Positions 1-13,886 of a DNA stretch of 64,000 nt are shown one piece after another (the stretch's first letter is position 1; each line of letters opens with the position of its first letter). Under the pieces are notes generated by a model, which saw only the letters and a list, made by a program, of their open reading frames with translations, did not search any database and was not told the DNA's origin. Origin of the DNA: Ginglymostoma cirratum (Eukaryota); NCBI GenBank assembly GCA_024137785.1, contig JAHRHZ010000271.1, positions 21,431,130 through 21,495,129 on the forward strand. The letters run 5' to 3'. The position numbers and the translations under genes are program-made.

Positions 1-514
1 TGAATTGTTTTCTGATTGAAAGATGATTGAAAATATGATTTATTTTCTGCCTTAACATTATGAATTTTAGTCCTTTAGTTTCATTCTATCTAAAGCAGCA
101 TATGTTACTGCTGATTGTTCTAGAGCAATGGGACTACAGGGGACATAGGCTGTTATTTTTGGTAATCCACACCTTCAGGATTCAACTGCCATTTTCTTGG
201 TACTTTCCTAGGTCACCGTTATCACTCTCTTTTCAAATTTCCACGCCTCCATCTTCCACTCCTATTCCACTGAAATTCTCCCTCGGAGCCAACTTTTACT
301 TCGGTACTCATTTCATTTTGACTTACCCCATCATTGTCTAACCAACATAGAAAACTTAATCTTGGAAATTAAGGTACTGGTTGCACTAGAATCCAATTTC
401 AGGTAAACAGGATGAGTGGGACGAGTATGCATCACTTCCAAGTTTTACTGTTTTTATTCCTTTTTGCTTAGCTCTGCACTTAGGTAAATAAGAATAACTC
501 TTATAACATGTTCC

Positions 515-635
515 AGTTCTGATAAATTGGGTATTAAGTTGAAAGGGTCACTTTGTTCCCTGTCAATAGATGCAGCCTGACTCTGTTGATTGTTTCCAAA
601 ATGTACTGTTTATAATTCAGATTTCTAGCAGCAAT
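515..635 (+). mobile_element. Degenerate Penelope pLTR-derived short element
   Basis: ttctgat...gaaag followed by 'agatgcagcctgact...tttccaaaatgtactgtttataattcagatttctagcagca', a decayed form of the agatgctgcctgacctgctg...tccagca motif found many times in this window. Confidence 0.5.
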
Positions 636-1904
636 ATATTTGTTAAAATATGATTTGGTTAATAAGTACATTTAAATAATTCATTAACAAAGCAAAATTG
701 CATCATAATTATTTTGTATGCCTCCATATTGTGTGGTTAGAGCTTGGTTGCTCCAAGAGCATTTTTTTTTAAAGACCACACTTCAGAAATATAACATCTT
801 GTATTTGTGCACATAAATAATGAAGCAGTTAAAGTATTGAAGGATGTGTTTAATATTATGTCAAAATAATATGTTTAAGAAAATATTTGTTCTAGAGAAG
901 ACATTCCTTTTTTGAATTACGCTTCATTAATGTGCACTTTAAAGTTGGTATCTCTATGCATGCGTTTACGGCTAATGGGCTTTGTAAATAATCAAAAACC
1001 AAGGCCCTCCAGTGGGACACAGAATAATTATTTTTAATTGCTGCATTTCCCTTAATTTAGATGAAACAGCCACAAAAGTATCTTTTGACTGTTTCCCATA
1101 ACCATCTCAAAGTAAAACTACTCCTGATCGGCATGATAATTAGGATTACAACACAGAAATGTGACCTTTTCAGATTTCACAGACTTTCAAATACAAAAGA
1201 ATGTTAATATCATTTTAAAAGTTAGACCACCCAGCCCCAACTTTGTGCCCTTCCATCAATTTTAATTTCAATAGATATTCTTATTTGATTGACGATATTT
1301 ATCCACAGATCACTCTCCGATATGAATTGAGGAATGTGGAGTTTAATATGATAAACTTAAGTATTGTATTTGTTTAGTAGTTACATTAAGAGCACATAAT
1401 GAATTGCAAAAAGGAAGGGAATAACATAATACCGTAATCTCTTCAAATTGGTAGCTGCCTGCTGGGAAATGATTTGGCAGATATAGATATGTATTTAAAT
1501 CTGCAGTTAGTTATTTAAAATATTTTTATTAATGATTGCTGTCATTGTAATAATGCATAAAATCTTAAAACATTTTGTTGTTAGTAGACTATTGATTTTT
1601 CACAAGGACAAGGCTAAAATATAAATAGTACATATTTTATTTATATCTGTTTTGACTATATGCTTTCAGTCTGCTAAATTTATGAAAGGTGAACGTTAAA
1701 GTTTGCATTAGCATTGTAATGAAACATCCAATGGTTTCTCATAAAGGAACAAGAACTTGCAATATTACATTACCTTTCATGATGTCAGGATATCGAAAAG
1801 TCTCCCAAATGTTTCACTTTGATACAGTTGTTATTGGATCAGGTCCAATGACAGATCCTTGACTTGTATCATTAGCTCTATATTTCTCAGTTCACTCCGG
1901 TGAG

Positions 1905-2180
1905 TGAGCAGTGACAGGCCTCATTGAACATTAAATAAACAAAATCTGGAATTAAGAATCTAATGATGGCCATAAAACCATTGCTGATTGTCTGGGAAAC
2001 TCATTTAGTTCACTAACATCCTAAGGAAATGGCCATCCTTACCTGGTTTGGCCTACATGTGATTCCAGATCCACAGCAATGTGGTTGACTATTAACTGCC
2101 CTCTGGACAATTAGGGATAGGCAATAAATGCTGGCCTAACTAGCGGCGCCTACATCCTGTGAATTAATTTTTTAAAAAAT
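1905..2180 (+). mobile_element. Shark SINE (5'-truncated) whose tail is shared with the RTE-X/CR1-like LINE
   Basis: Matches the reverse complement of 17930-18275. Ends in 'ggcaataaatgctggcctaactagcggcgcctacatcctgtgaattaatttttaaaaaa'. Confidence 0.75.
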
Positions 2181-2699
2181 GATATAAAGGAGTTAGTCGG
2201 AGAGGACACCTTACGTGGAGCTCAATAGATCCAGTCTCCACTTCCATGTGATCTGATGTATAACCCCTTTTGCATATGCTCAATATCTATCCATAAAGAG
2301 AAAAATATAAGTCCCTTCACTCTACAAAGATCAAATGTATTTTCAGTTGGAGAAAAAGTCAGGATACTTAGTTTTAGGTGACTGTTAATTCATCAGAGAG
2401 AAAGGTGAGTGAGCATTTAGAAATGCCATGTATCATTTCAGATTAAATTAAATAATTACGTTTTAAAGCCACACTATATTGGCAAGAAAACAAAATAATT
2501 ACTGCCACTGCAGTGTCTGAATGATTCACAGGAGATTCACTTTATAGTACTAAAGTGTGCTTTAGAAACCTATTGCACTTCTTTAAAGAGAAATTAAACA
2601 GATCCTTCTAATAATCTGTATTGCAAAATATTTTTCCAATTATGCAAGTCTTGAGCCCTATCATATTGCACCTGGTACATTTGAGAATTTAATTGCTAT

Positions 2700-3305
2700 A
2701 CAGAGCAGAGTTTTCCTGGCCTTGGGTGTCTAAAAATGGAGGGTGTGGTGCGGAGAGGGAGTTTTATGTTGGGATGGCTCCCCAGTGTGTTCCTGTCACT
2801 AGGAATGATTCCCTGGGCAGGCAATGGATGTGTATTGTCCATCCATTGCAAAGGTTCAGGAAGACAACTAGGGTGATTTCTGGGCCACACTTTTTGCTAG
2901 TGGTGGAGCAGTTATGCCTGCATGAGGAGGTTACTAGCTCAGCAGAGGTGGTCTTCTTGAGGCACTTTTGGGGCCATCAGAACCAGAGCCCTAATCCCCA
3001 AACAAAGGGCTGCCATGAGCACACATTGCCCATAAGCTGCTGTTGGAAGGGTTTCTCTTCGGAGTGGAGGGACCCGCCCCCACGGCCCTACTGAAAAAAT
3101 TATATCATTCACCCTTTGAGGGGGCTTCCATTTTGAGATGTCCTCACCATCTTCAGTGATTGTTCCAGCAGCACTAGCATCCCCACTCTATCCTTGTTTG
3201 AACAGTGAGCTCAATGGTATCAAATTAGGAGGTGGTCTCTGGGTTAATAGTTCCCAATCTGCCTCCCAACTGAATGATGTTTGGGCTACCCATCTGGTTA
3301 TGTTC
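2700..3305. repeat. Old GC-richer interspersed repeat, possibly a Harbinger-related non-autonomous relic
   Basis: Composition shift and motifs resembling 21620-21850, 30270-30650 and 54325-54960. No credible protein. Confidence 0.3.
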
Positions 3306-3309
3306 TTTT

Positions 3310-3775
3310 TATTCATTCATTGGACATGTGCACCACTGGCTAGGGCAGCATTTATTGTCCACCTCTAGTGGTTTTGAGAAGGTGATGGTGAGCTGCTTTC
3401 TCGATCCCCTGCAGTCCATTTGATGCAAGTACATCCACAATGCTATTTGGCAGAGATTTCCAGGAATTTGACACAGAGGCACTGAAGGAAGAGAGACATA
3501 ATTCCAAGTCAGGTTGGTGAATGGCTTGAAGAGGAACTTGCAGGTGGTGATGTTCCCTTGCAACTGCTACCCTTGTCCATTTTGCTGGTCGTGATTGTGG
3601 GCTTGGAAAGGCACTGCTTAAGGAGCTTTGGTGATCATGTAGATAATACACACAGCTGCTACTGGCTGCTGCTGGTGGAGGGAGTGAATATTTGAGGATG
3701 TGGTGACATCAAACAGGCTGCTTTGTTTCTTAGATGGTATCAACCTGCTTGAGTGTTTTTGGGGCTGGATTCATA
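3310..3775 (-). mobile_element. 3' end of a non-LTR retrotransposon (RTE-X/CR1-like LINE)
   Basis: ORF 3352-3651 ends 'EHHHLQVPLQAIHQPDLELCLSSFSASVSNSWKSLPNSIV...KAAHHHLLK', a typical LINE ORF2 C-terminus, followed by the shared aataaatgctg tail. Confidence 0.8.
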
Positions 3776-3869
3776 CAATTTGAGGCCCTGAAGCCTTTAG
3801 AAAATACTGCCAAAATCTGACTGGAGTCACGATTCAGTAGTTTCTTCAAGTTTGTCGTCCAGTTTATAA

Positions 3870-4185
3870 GAAAGCATGACTTGCATTTACATAGCATCTT
3901 CCACAATTTTATAATGTCCTAATGCATTATGTAGCCAATTTTGTACTTTTAAGTATAATTACAATTGCATTGTAGGAAATGAAGCAGCCAACTTGGGCAC
4001 AGCAACACCCCCAAAAACTTTGATATAATAATAATCAGACAATCTGTTTTGTGGTGTTGGTTAAGTGATAAATATTGACCAGGTCAGCACTAAATTCCCT
4101 TTTGCTTCTTTGAGAAAGTATCATGAGTTTCATTCACCAGACAGCAGTCAAAGCCTCAATTCTAGCAATACTCCTGCACTCTCAG
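3870..4185 (-). mobile_element. DeuSINE (SacSINE1-like), degenerate
   Basis: 'gacttgcatttacatagcatcttccac...gtaggaaatgaagcagccaacttgggcacagcaacaccccc' is homologous to the copies at 8200, 43165 and 49850. Confidence 0.65.
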
Positions 4186-6639
4186 TTAACCCTCAGGCTT
4201 AGCTCCAAAAACTTAATGAAATTTTCTAAATGTAAGTGTAAGTACTGATAAGGAGTAGCCGATCATATTCCCTGACTTTTACAATTATTCTTTGATATTC
4301 AGAACTGACACTGATCCCAACAATTCTAATGCAACAAACATAAAGAGAAAGTCAAGGTACTTTTTTGAACTGAGAAAAAGACCAAACAGCAGTAATCATG
4401 GAGAGAATTTACACTTGCAGAAATAAGTTGGATTGAGGGCAGGCAAGGTTAAATGTACTGAAATTTATAGGCACATGAAACACCAGTTGTAACCCATTGA
4501 CTTCCACATGTAATAACAGTACACTTGGCTGTAAATGAGAAACTCCCTCTGGAGAGGCCTGTTATTAATGTGGGTTTATTAAAAGTTCATTATACATGAT
4601 GTTAGCACAGGTTTTGGGATTCAACTGTGGCTGCATGAATTTCCTGGACTTTCTGGGACTCACACGTGAAAGCAAGGCAAGAAGACAATGAAACTAGCAG
4701 GGAATGTACGAATTGATATGGAAACTTTCCACAGACATTGACATCTCACAAATTCCTTTCTTGCCCAATTGCGTGAAAGAGTTTTGCTCACAGTCTTTGT
4801 CCTAAGCGTCTATTTTAAATAGGTTTGTACATGTAATTTCTATTCCACAATTGTGATTTCTCAGATGTGTAATGTGGGTGCTGCTCAGGCTGTTTTCATT
4901 TGGATGTCATGTGAGAACAGGTTAGACAACACAGAGAGGAGTGTATCCAAGCTGAGGGGTGTCAATGCAGCAAAAAACATTAGGCAAACTCATCAAAGGC
5001 TAAGAATGCGTAATACTTGGTTGCTGTGGTCTTGGTACCATGGTGAAGACAGAAGGCAGGCTGAAGTCTGCATGATCAAAAACTACATTTTAGTCCTGTT
5101 ACCAAGACTGACACTCAGTTCACTGTGGTGAGTAAACATTTTTAAACCCCTGAAAAAAATATTTCACTGAAATAATTAACATTTCAAATTTGGCCAAAGT
5201 AGGGACTAAAAAGATAACAGTTCGATAGGAGAAACTCTCTACCTAAACCTCATGTTAAAAATACTAAAAATCTTATTGATAAATATGCGATTGTTGTGTT
5301 ATACTTAGCATGAAGTTTTAGCTTCCATGGCGTAGCAAGTCTATGTTGCTGGTTCAAGCCACAGCAGCATAGGGATGGAAACTCAAAAAAAATCTTTGAA
5401 GTTGAGTTAAGCAACATTTTAAAGAATGACAGTAACTGAAGGTATGCTTTAATCTAGAGATCAGATTTCATCATCAAAGTCACAAAATTCCTGAGGCACC
5501 ATTACCTGCATATATCTCTGAGCTCAGTTACAAGGATAAATCATTTCTGCTGCAAAGCATTTTTCTGACATTCATTACTCAAATCAATATTAATGGATAC
5601 AAACAGAAACAAAACAAGCTCAAAGCAGAAAACAAATAGAAAATAAAAACTAGGCGGTCAGACAAATGGAAATTTAATGAAACTGGTAGAAAGTATGATC
5701 TGGCATTCATTCATTTTAAATTAGAATAGGTATTCTTGCTCTGTTCCCTCTATTTGATATTCCATCATAATTTTTTTGTTTTGTCTTTTAAATGGAACTA
5801 ATTGGATAGTTTTTTTTAAAAGAAGCTCAATATGCATAATGTGTTGAATTAGTAGTCGTGCCTTATTCTGTAATCTTGTTAAACATCATTAACTTCTCGT
5901 GACAATCAAATATCTAAATCTATTCTGTAAAGCTTTAAAGATAGTTCTATTCAAAATGTGGGAAAGAAGAGACAAAAATGGATAAGGGGATGAAATAGTG
6001 CAATATTGAATTTCACGACATCAGAACATCAACAGACACATCAGGAACCTAGGTGCAAAGATCAGGGATGGATATCTTCTGAATTGTTATTTCAAAGTCT
6101 TGTTTAAGAGCACAATGGTAAAATGCATCCAAACATCAGTGGCTTTCTATTTTAACGCAATATACTGTCCAGAAACTTGGAAAGTTTTGAGATTGGACAT
6201 AAAGAATTCTTTCAGCTTGTTTTTAATCTGACCAATGCAGGATGGTCCTGTCTGTTAGCATCCCTGCTGTCCTGATGAAATATCAAAGCCTTGCCACACT
6301 CAGAGCCCAGCAGCCCCCAACAGTGAGTTAGTCAACCATGTAATCTGCAATTGATCCATCTTTACAAAAGGAAAACTGAACAGATATCAGGAAGAAAAGG
6401 CTGACTGAACTGTACCTTGCTGGTGAAGTGTCAGTATAAAAGTACCACGTCCTTTTCTCTAATAAGTTAACAACATGAAAAAGGTTATGATCTCACTGCA
6501 AACCAGTATGTTGGGATATTATTCCCTTTCCCTATACTTATAAAAATACCCACTTCTACTGACAACGTCAACAGTGCTGAATTCCAGAATTGTTTATGAT
6601 GTGTCTATGATGATACTATGGCTTTGGGAGATGTAGCTT

Positions 6640-7260
6640 GTCCTGCTTATTTCATGAAGAGATGCTGTGACAGAGGTACTGAGCGGTCTGTTCCAAGCCA
6701 ACAAAGTAGACAACTTGTGAAGCCTTGGGGTATCATTTCTTTTATCTCCTAATGCTTCCCAGATACCTCCTCTGATAGTAATGCAAAAATCTCACTAGCT
6801 GTACCTACCAATTTTGTTTGGATCAAAAATATCGACATGGTCACTGGCCATTTCATTTGTTTAACCACTTTCTCAAATGATACAAAAAAAGACTTTTATA
6901 CGCTTCTCGAACTTAGGCAATGCTTAGGCACTTTTAAACAGATCCCCATTTGGCCTTTGGCTATGACGGGATTACTTTCCATCATTGTCTTCATCGCTAT
7001 TCTTACCTTTCACTTCTACCTCTGCCATTTTAAGTCAACTTTGAGTTTTCAGTTCTAAACTCCAAAGTTCAAAAACTATCACTTTCTCCCTTTCTTCTGT
7101 TTTTAATCATAATTCAAACTATTTCATTTCCTTTTCATGTTCAAGCTGCTTCATTTCCAATTGAATTTTAGCTATTTCCAAGGATTCTGATACCCTCCTG
7201 GCAATTGTAAATGATGTGTGATTGCCACGATTATCTCCCCTTTTTGCATGGACAAAGGCA
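6640..7260. mobile_element. Highly decayed CR1-type LINE fragments
   Basis: Weak similarity to CR1 ORF2 segments (gatgctgtgacagaggtactgagcggtctgttccaag, tttgcatggacaaagg). Confidence 0.3.
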
Positions 7261-7508
7261 ATCCCAATTCTGGCTTGTCCATCGGTCTCAAAATCCTTGC
7301 CTTGTTCAGATTTTTATAAAACTCATGAACTGACTTCTTCCACCCCTTAGGAAATTCTGATTGACTGAAACTACAGAAGGCACAGTCTACTTACACCAGC
7401 CAAATGCATTATCTGAAAAGAGAACACTAACACTCACCATCTTTGACTTCAAGAATCCTAAACCCAACATGGAATTACAGATTTTGATCCCAATAAGAGT
7501 CCCCAGTT

Positions 7509-8141
7509 TGTTACGGACCAGACTAAATCCCCTTAAAATATATTAAGAAGACAGCATAGACCCCAACTTTTTCTTATTTTTAACGACAGGTGTAAGTTGT
7601 TGTGTTCCAGGTGCAATTTGATTGGTGAAACTACCAGGCTTGAAGCAAAACACACTTTATTCTCACATTATAGTTAAAATAAAAACAAAAGAAAGAATTG
7701 GAATAACTTAACTCCATTGGAAAACATAACAGAATAATAGATGTTACAGCAACTGCTCCAATTTAGTAACATCGCAAATTACACCTTCGACAAAAGCAAA
7801 TTCAGTAAAATAGCTTGTCTCACATGCAATTCTCCAGTCCAGGAGGAAAGAACATCAAGGGAAAACTCACCGAAAGAGAGAAATCAAGCATTATGCTGTA
7901 GCACGAAGAGCTGTATAGCAGCTTCCAAACCCCAACAGCTATTGAAAGTTAAATTAAAATCCTGATTCTGTGAGAGCTTGACCCCTTCATGCTGCTTCTA
8001 TTGTTCCAGCTGAGAAAAAACCCCAAGGTCTCACAAGTTGTTTACTTTACCCGCTTGGAACAGATCGTTCGATACCTCTGTCTCAACCTCACCTTATAAA
8101 AATAAGGGCAAAACACACCTCTTAAAGCCATAGTATTATCA
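7509..8141 (-). mobile_element. Probable solo LTR
   Basis: Starts TGTTAC and ends TATCA. Flanks agtt/agtg form a near 4-bp TSD. Minus-strand AATAAAGTGTGTTTTG poly(A)-type signal near 7640-7661. Confidence 0.55.
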
Positions 8142-8199
8142 AGTGACAGCTCTGCTAGTTTTTGTTTCAGCTGGCAACAGCATAGACAAAAAAGATAGG

Positions 8200-8610
8200 A
8201 AGAATTTACATCTGGAGCATCTTCCAGTTAGTTCCAAAGTGATCAGCCAATGATCTATCTTTTTATATAGTCACTGTTTGTGGGCAATACAGCAACCAAG
8301 TTGCACAAAGAAAGATGTCAAAGCAACCACAAAATAAGGGATGAGTTAACTTAGTGTTGTTGTGTGGGGTTTAAATTTTGATCAGTTCACAGGGAGAACT
8401 CTCTGCTTTCCTCTGAAAAGTGTCATGGGATTTCTTATAACCAAATAATCATTTGTAAGTGGTTCGAATTCATGTCTCTTCAAAAATATGGCATCTCCAA
8501 TGATCCAGCAGTCCTTCGTTGAAGTGTTAGTCCAGATTAAGTACTATAACACTAGAATTTGGACACTGAGCCTTCTAACTATGAAAGAAAACTTCTACAA
8601 CTCAGCTAAA
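8200..8610 (-). mobile_element. DeuSINE (SacSINE1-like), degenerate
   Basis: 'gtcactgtttgtgggcaatacagcaaccaagttgcaca...ggagaactctctgctttcctctgaaaagtgtcatgggat' is shared with the other copies. Confidence 0.6.
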
Positions 8611-10369
8611 CGTCTGAAGATGCTGTTAGTGGAATATTATTGTATTTCAACACTGAGGCATTACAACTGCATGTTGCTCAAACTGCCTTTCTATCTAATG
8701 AGTTTTGACTTGTGATTCTACAGATGCATAATCGATCTTAATCCCTGTAGTTTCCAGAAATGTTTTGAAAACCGACATGATTCTAAAGCCACATTTATCA
8801 TTCTAATTCTGGAATGAATCCAGGTTGAATTCCAAAACAATATAATTAAATAAATGCAGCCACCCAATAAGCAACATAAAAATATATGAATCAGTGATAT
8901 GTATCTGAAGTTTAAGATGCTGAAATTGAAATTATAAATATAATACAATTGAGTGATAATGAAATATTGCTTTGACTTGCAAGAAGTACATTTGAATTTC
9001 AGTTATACACTTTGGTGATATGAAAGGATTTCACTGTCCTCCACCATAGTTAAATTCAATGATTAAACATACTCAGTGATGAAAATACTACTTAGCTCAG
9101 ATTTTAGCTGAATGCTAACTAACCTATTGAAAAACTATTTCTGTCCACAAGGAAACAATCATCAATACCTTTTGCCCTGTGTTCAGTCAAAGACAAAAAA
9201 ATGTTCTCCTTCTCTCACTCCCCACGGACAGTTCACCACTTATACATAAAAAAGTGTTGCCCTTTCAAAATGCCTGATAGTGATTATTCCACTCTGACTT
9301 CTGATGGACATAGTATGGTCGGGACAACAAACAAGACACTGTCAATCATCTATTCATGTTATTTAATAAGACAGTACTTGAATAAACATTGATACTGAGT
9401 CACAGAAATGCTGTCACAACAATACCGAGGTAAATCCACCTTTCTTTATTCATATTTTCAAACATTTTTGTCAAAAAACCAGGACCTCATTTTTCATTCT
9501 GCATCAAACATGAGGCACGGAGTAGCTTTGACTGTTTTCTCTTTCCACTGCTGAGGACACATACCTAAACTAGAATAGTGCCTAAATCTCTATACACACC
9601 TAAACACAACTGGCAAATTTGTTTTATAGGATTGAATGAATGATTTTGTGCGTATTTACACTGCTTTCTGCTATTATGCTGCACCTCAAGGCATGCTATG
9701 CTGATTTTAGCAATTCTCGATAATGCTGGAGATATTTTGTTTAATTTTGTCCTTATGTGGAAGAAAATAACTGGAATAGAAAAGAAATTAAATGGTGTTA
9801 TAGTTTAGAAACTGAAAAATCCATTGAGAGTAGGATTTGAGTTTTACTCAACTGAATATGTTTGACAAATAATTCCCCAAGTGAAGTTTGAATTCATAAG
9901 TACTTAAATAATTGAATAAATGTGCAAAAAATTATATACAAGTACACATGTCCTAGTTACGGTTCGCTAAGGAATAGGTGAGCACTGAAATATTTAAGAG
10001 CATATATAATCCTAGAGATGACTACTAGCTGCAGATTCAAGACCATTGCTTTAGTGTTAGTCAAATCAGAATGAGACCAAGAAGGTGCACTGATTCCAAA
10101 GTATAATCACAAACACTTTCTGAGCACATCTTGAATTTGGAGATGAAGAAGTATATTTACTACTCTGGAAACTCATCTGATAGGTGAACAAAAGTAATAA
10201 AGACCCAGATATGCCTTTGATCTACTCAAACATGTTGTGAGGAAAGGAACAATATTTTTTGTATCCTGGTTGCATTAGAGAAATGAACATAGCTAAAAAT
10301 GAAAATTGATTTTTTTTTAAAAAGTTTATAAACATTTTACTGTCAACATTACACAACTAATCAGCTAAC

Positions 10370-10560
10370 TTTAAGTGCAGTTATTATGGTTATGCAGGGA
10401 ACCTTAGCAACCAACTTTCACACAGCAAACTCCCAAAAACAGTAAATAAAAGATAATCCACCTGTTAATCTATATTTTGTGGCACTGGTTGATGGCTCAG
10501 GTGCCTAGAAAATTGTCATTTCTGATTCAGCATCTCATAAGGAACTACTCACAACAGCAA
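10370..10560 (-). mobile_element. DeuSINE fragment
   Basis: 'gcaaccaactttcacacagcaaactccca' core motif. Confidence 0.45.
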
Positions 10561-11644
10561 ATCCTTAGGATCATCATTCATTTAATTACATTCTGTGAAA
10601 TACAGTATTTGTAAGTGCATAATACAGGTCAAAGGCATATGTTAGTAAATTAATATCCCTTTTACAAGCACCAAACAGTTGTGCTTCAAAATTAAACAGT
10701 AGGAAATGAATTTTAATCATCCAACTCTTGGTTTTTATAAAGAAATTATATTCCAACTTTCTGAAATGCAAGATTTATTTCCCTACAGAACTGGAAGTCA
10801 ATGCTTTAATCCAGAAATTTGCAAACATTGCAGTTAAAGTGATAAAAGATTAAATACGGTATCATCGCCATATTTCTATTGAAGTTTGTTTTTTGATATA
10901 AAGAATGCCTGATGCATTCACAAATGTCAGAAATAAGCTTTCCAATTTTTTTTAAATTCTAAGAATTGCCACTGAAAGTTTGTTGTCACAAAGTGAATAA
11001 CACATAACAATGTCTTGCCTTCCAGTTGCAAATAATTGCCTATCACAATAAACACATAAATAAATGAAGCCTAAAACAAAGTAATGAATTAAGTGGATAC
11101 AGGTGCGATCAACAAAGTACAATGCCATTTTCTCCTAGCTTCTTTTTCCCAAAATCTCAGTATTGTAAATGTCTGAACTAATTCTTGTATCTTTTGATTT
11201 TATTTCAATGAAGAGAGAACATCCTTTTGACATGTTCATTATCTGTTAGAAAGCTCTTTCCTGAATATCAGAAGTAGTTTCCTACCTTAGGTCAACATCA
11301 TTGTTTTAATGAGATGTATTCATATTTTGTCTTTTTAGTTCTATAGGTTTAATGTGAAGTTTTTTTATTCATTCTAATTCTGGTGAAGCAGAGCTAAAAT
11401 TATTCAATGTGATTATAAAGCCTGCTCAATCATTCCCAAGCCTACCTATCTGTAGCTGGTCATCCTAGATTATTCACAATGATTTATATCATTTTCACTG
11501 TTTAATGGTTTAAAAATACTTGCTTATTGTTTACTGAACTGTGAGATAAATGAGACAGGGAGAATGGCAATAAAACTGGATAGATTCACAATTAATAACA
11601 ACAACAAAGTAAAATGAGTAATGAGAACAGGAACATTAAATATG

Positions 11645-12075
11645 AAGAAACATAGATTTCCTGAACCCCAGAGCACAAAAGGATACCAGTTGGCTCATTG
11701 TGATTGTACGGGTTTTTTTGAAGAGCTTTCAATTATTGCTACCCCATTTTTTTCTTTCCCCCATATCCCTGCATTTTGTTCTTTGCCAAGTATTTAATTC
11801 TGTTCAGAAAGTTAATATCAAATCTATTTCCACTGCCCTTTGATGTACATTCAAGATTATGACAAGTAGCTGCTTAAAAAAAGTCCAATTTCCCCCGACA
11901 TTTTCTGCGAATTATCTTGAATCTGAGTTAGTTGCCAAACCACCTGCCAATGCAAGCAGCTTCTTCCTGTTGACTCCATCAAAACCCTACATCAATTTTG
12001 AATACTTTTAAAATCTCCTCTTAACGTTCTTTGCTTCGAGGAGAATATTCCCAATTTATCCAATCTTCTCACATA
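11645..12075 (-). mobile_element. Old CR1 LINE 3' fragment
   Basis: 'ccccatatccctgcatttt...tttccactgccctt...aatctcctcttaacgttctttgcttcgaggagaa' resembles the reverse complement of a CR1 3' end. Confidence 0.55.
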
Positions 12076-12102
12076 ATTCAATCTCAATTCAACTACGGTA
12101 TG

Positions 12103-12339
12103 TGAAATAGCTCCACAGAAGCCAGTATCCCATCACCAGGTCCCCCTTTGTTTACACAAGGAGAGTCCTTGACACTGATCGAGCTCCCTCAGAGCCAGCT
12201 CTCAGAGTGAACAGAACCTCTGACACTACTGTTTATATCCTGTCAGCCAAGGCTCCCTGATTGGACCAGGTTAACAGCCTCAGTCAGGGAATTTATATTC
12301 TATGAGGTCAATTTGGCTGACCTCATTACAATCACTACA
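12103..12339 (-). mobile_element. Solo LTR (237 bp) with 5-bp TSD gtatg
   Basis: TG...CA termini, with gtatg at 12098-12102 and 12340-12344. On the minus strand a CCAAT (~12260) precedes GATATAAA (~12233-12240). Confidence 0.8.
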
Positions 12340-13886
12340 GTATGGAATTGAAAAATTGCAAATAGTTGTGCCTTGTGTTTCACTGTGCGTGGGAAAAATC
12401 TCACATTAGGTTAATGCTGACTTTATTATTAAATTTCTAAATCCTCATTCTGTGCCTTCTGCCTTATTTGAATTGGGACGTACTCAAATCAAATCATTTA
12501 AAATCAATTTCATACATTGGTATAAATTGTTAAAATCTACTCTCACATTATGTAGTTGTCACTGCTTAAGCCAGCATTTATTGCCCATCGCTTTTTGACC
12601 TTGTGAAAGTGGGTGAATTGCATTCTGGAACACTTGCATTGTGAGTGATGAAGGTACACCTGCACTGCTGATAGGAAAAGAGATCCAAGATTTTAAGTCT
12701 GGGACAGTGAAGGAACAGTGATAAAGTTCCAAGAGTGATGGTGACTGACTTAGAGGGAACTCACAAAATGGTGGTGCTCCCATGCAACTGCTGTTTTTCT
12801 TTCCTTCTATGAGTAGAGGTCATGGGTTTGGAAGATGCTATCAAAGGAGCACTGGTGAGTTGCTGTAGTGCATCTTGTAGCTGACGCACGCTGCTGAGCT
12901 GTGTGCTGGCAGTAGAGAGGGGTATCAACTGAGCAGACCCCTTTGTACTGTATGGTGTTGAGTTTGTTAAGTGCTGCTGATGCCACACTTATCCATGCAC
13001 GTTAACAGTATTCATCACACTCCTGACTTGTGTCTTGTAGAAGCTGGACAGGATCTAGGGAAACAGAAGGTGGTTTACTCACCATAGGGTTCCCAATCTC
13101 CGACCCGCTCTTGTAGTGAGCATGGACAATTAAATAGCTGGTCCAGTTTGTTTATTTTCTGATCAATGGCAACTCCAGCATGTTTGATAGTGGGAGATTC
13201 AGTGATTGTAAAGCCATTGAACATCAAAGGGAGATGGTGGGATTATCTCTTTATCTCCAGGTAGGCATTTCCTGGACTTGGGTGGTGTGAATTGTACTTG
13301 CATGGACCAAGGCTACATTGAGATCAGGAACTGAGTAGACCTGGCACTCATTTGAGTCTCAACAAGTAGATTATTGATGAGTTTAATTTGATAGCACTGT
13401 CGATGACACCTTCCATCACTTTATGAATAACTGACAGTAAGAAGATTGGATTTGTCTATTTTTGTGTGTACAGGACATATCTGACCAATTTGTATGAGCA
13501 ACATTTCCAATGTTGTAGCTGTACTGGAACAGCTTGGCTAGGCATATGGCTAGTTCTGGAAGATAAATCTTCAGTATTATTAGTAGACTGAGGGACATGA
13601 TGTGACATGTGGTCCCAGATCCTGGCTGATGATAATTGTGCTGCTGGTAATGGTCTACAGTGCCCCAGAATGTCTATCTTGGAGTTGCTACATCTATTTT
13701 AAATCTATCCCATTTGGCATGGGATGGTTTAATCACAAAACAAAATGGAGAGTATCCTCTGTGTGAAAACAGGACTTTGTTCACACAAGCAAGGTACAGT
13801 TGTCACTTCTAGCAATGCTGCCATGGACAGATACATCCGAAATAGAAAGGTTAGTGGGGATGAAGTCAGTCAGCAATTTCCCTCTG

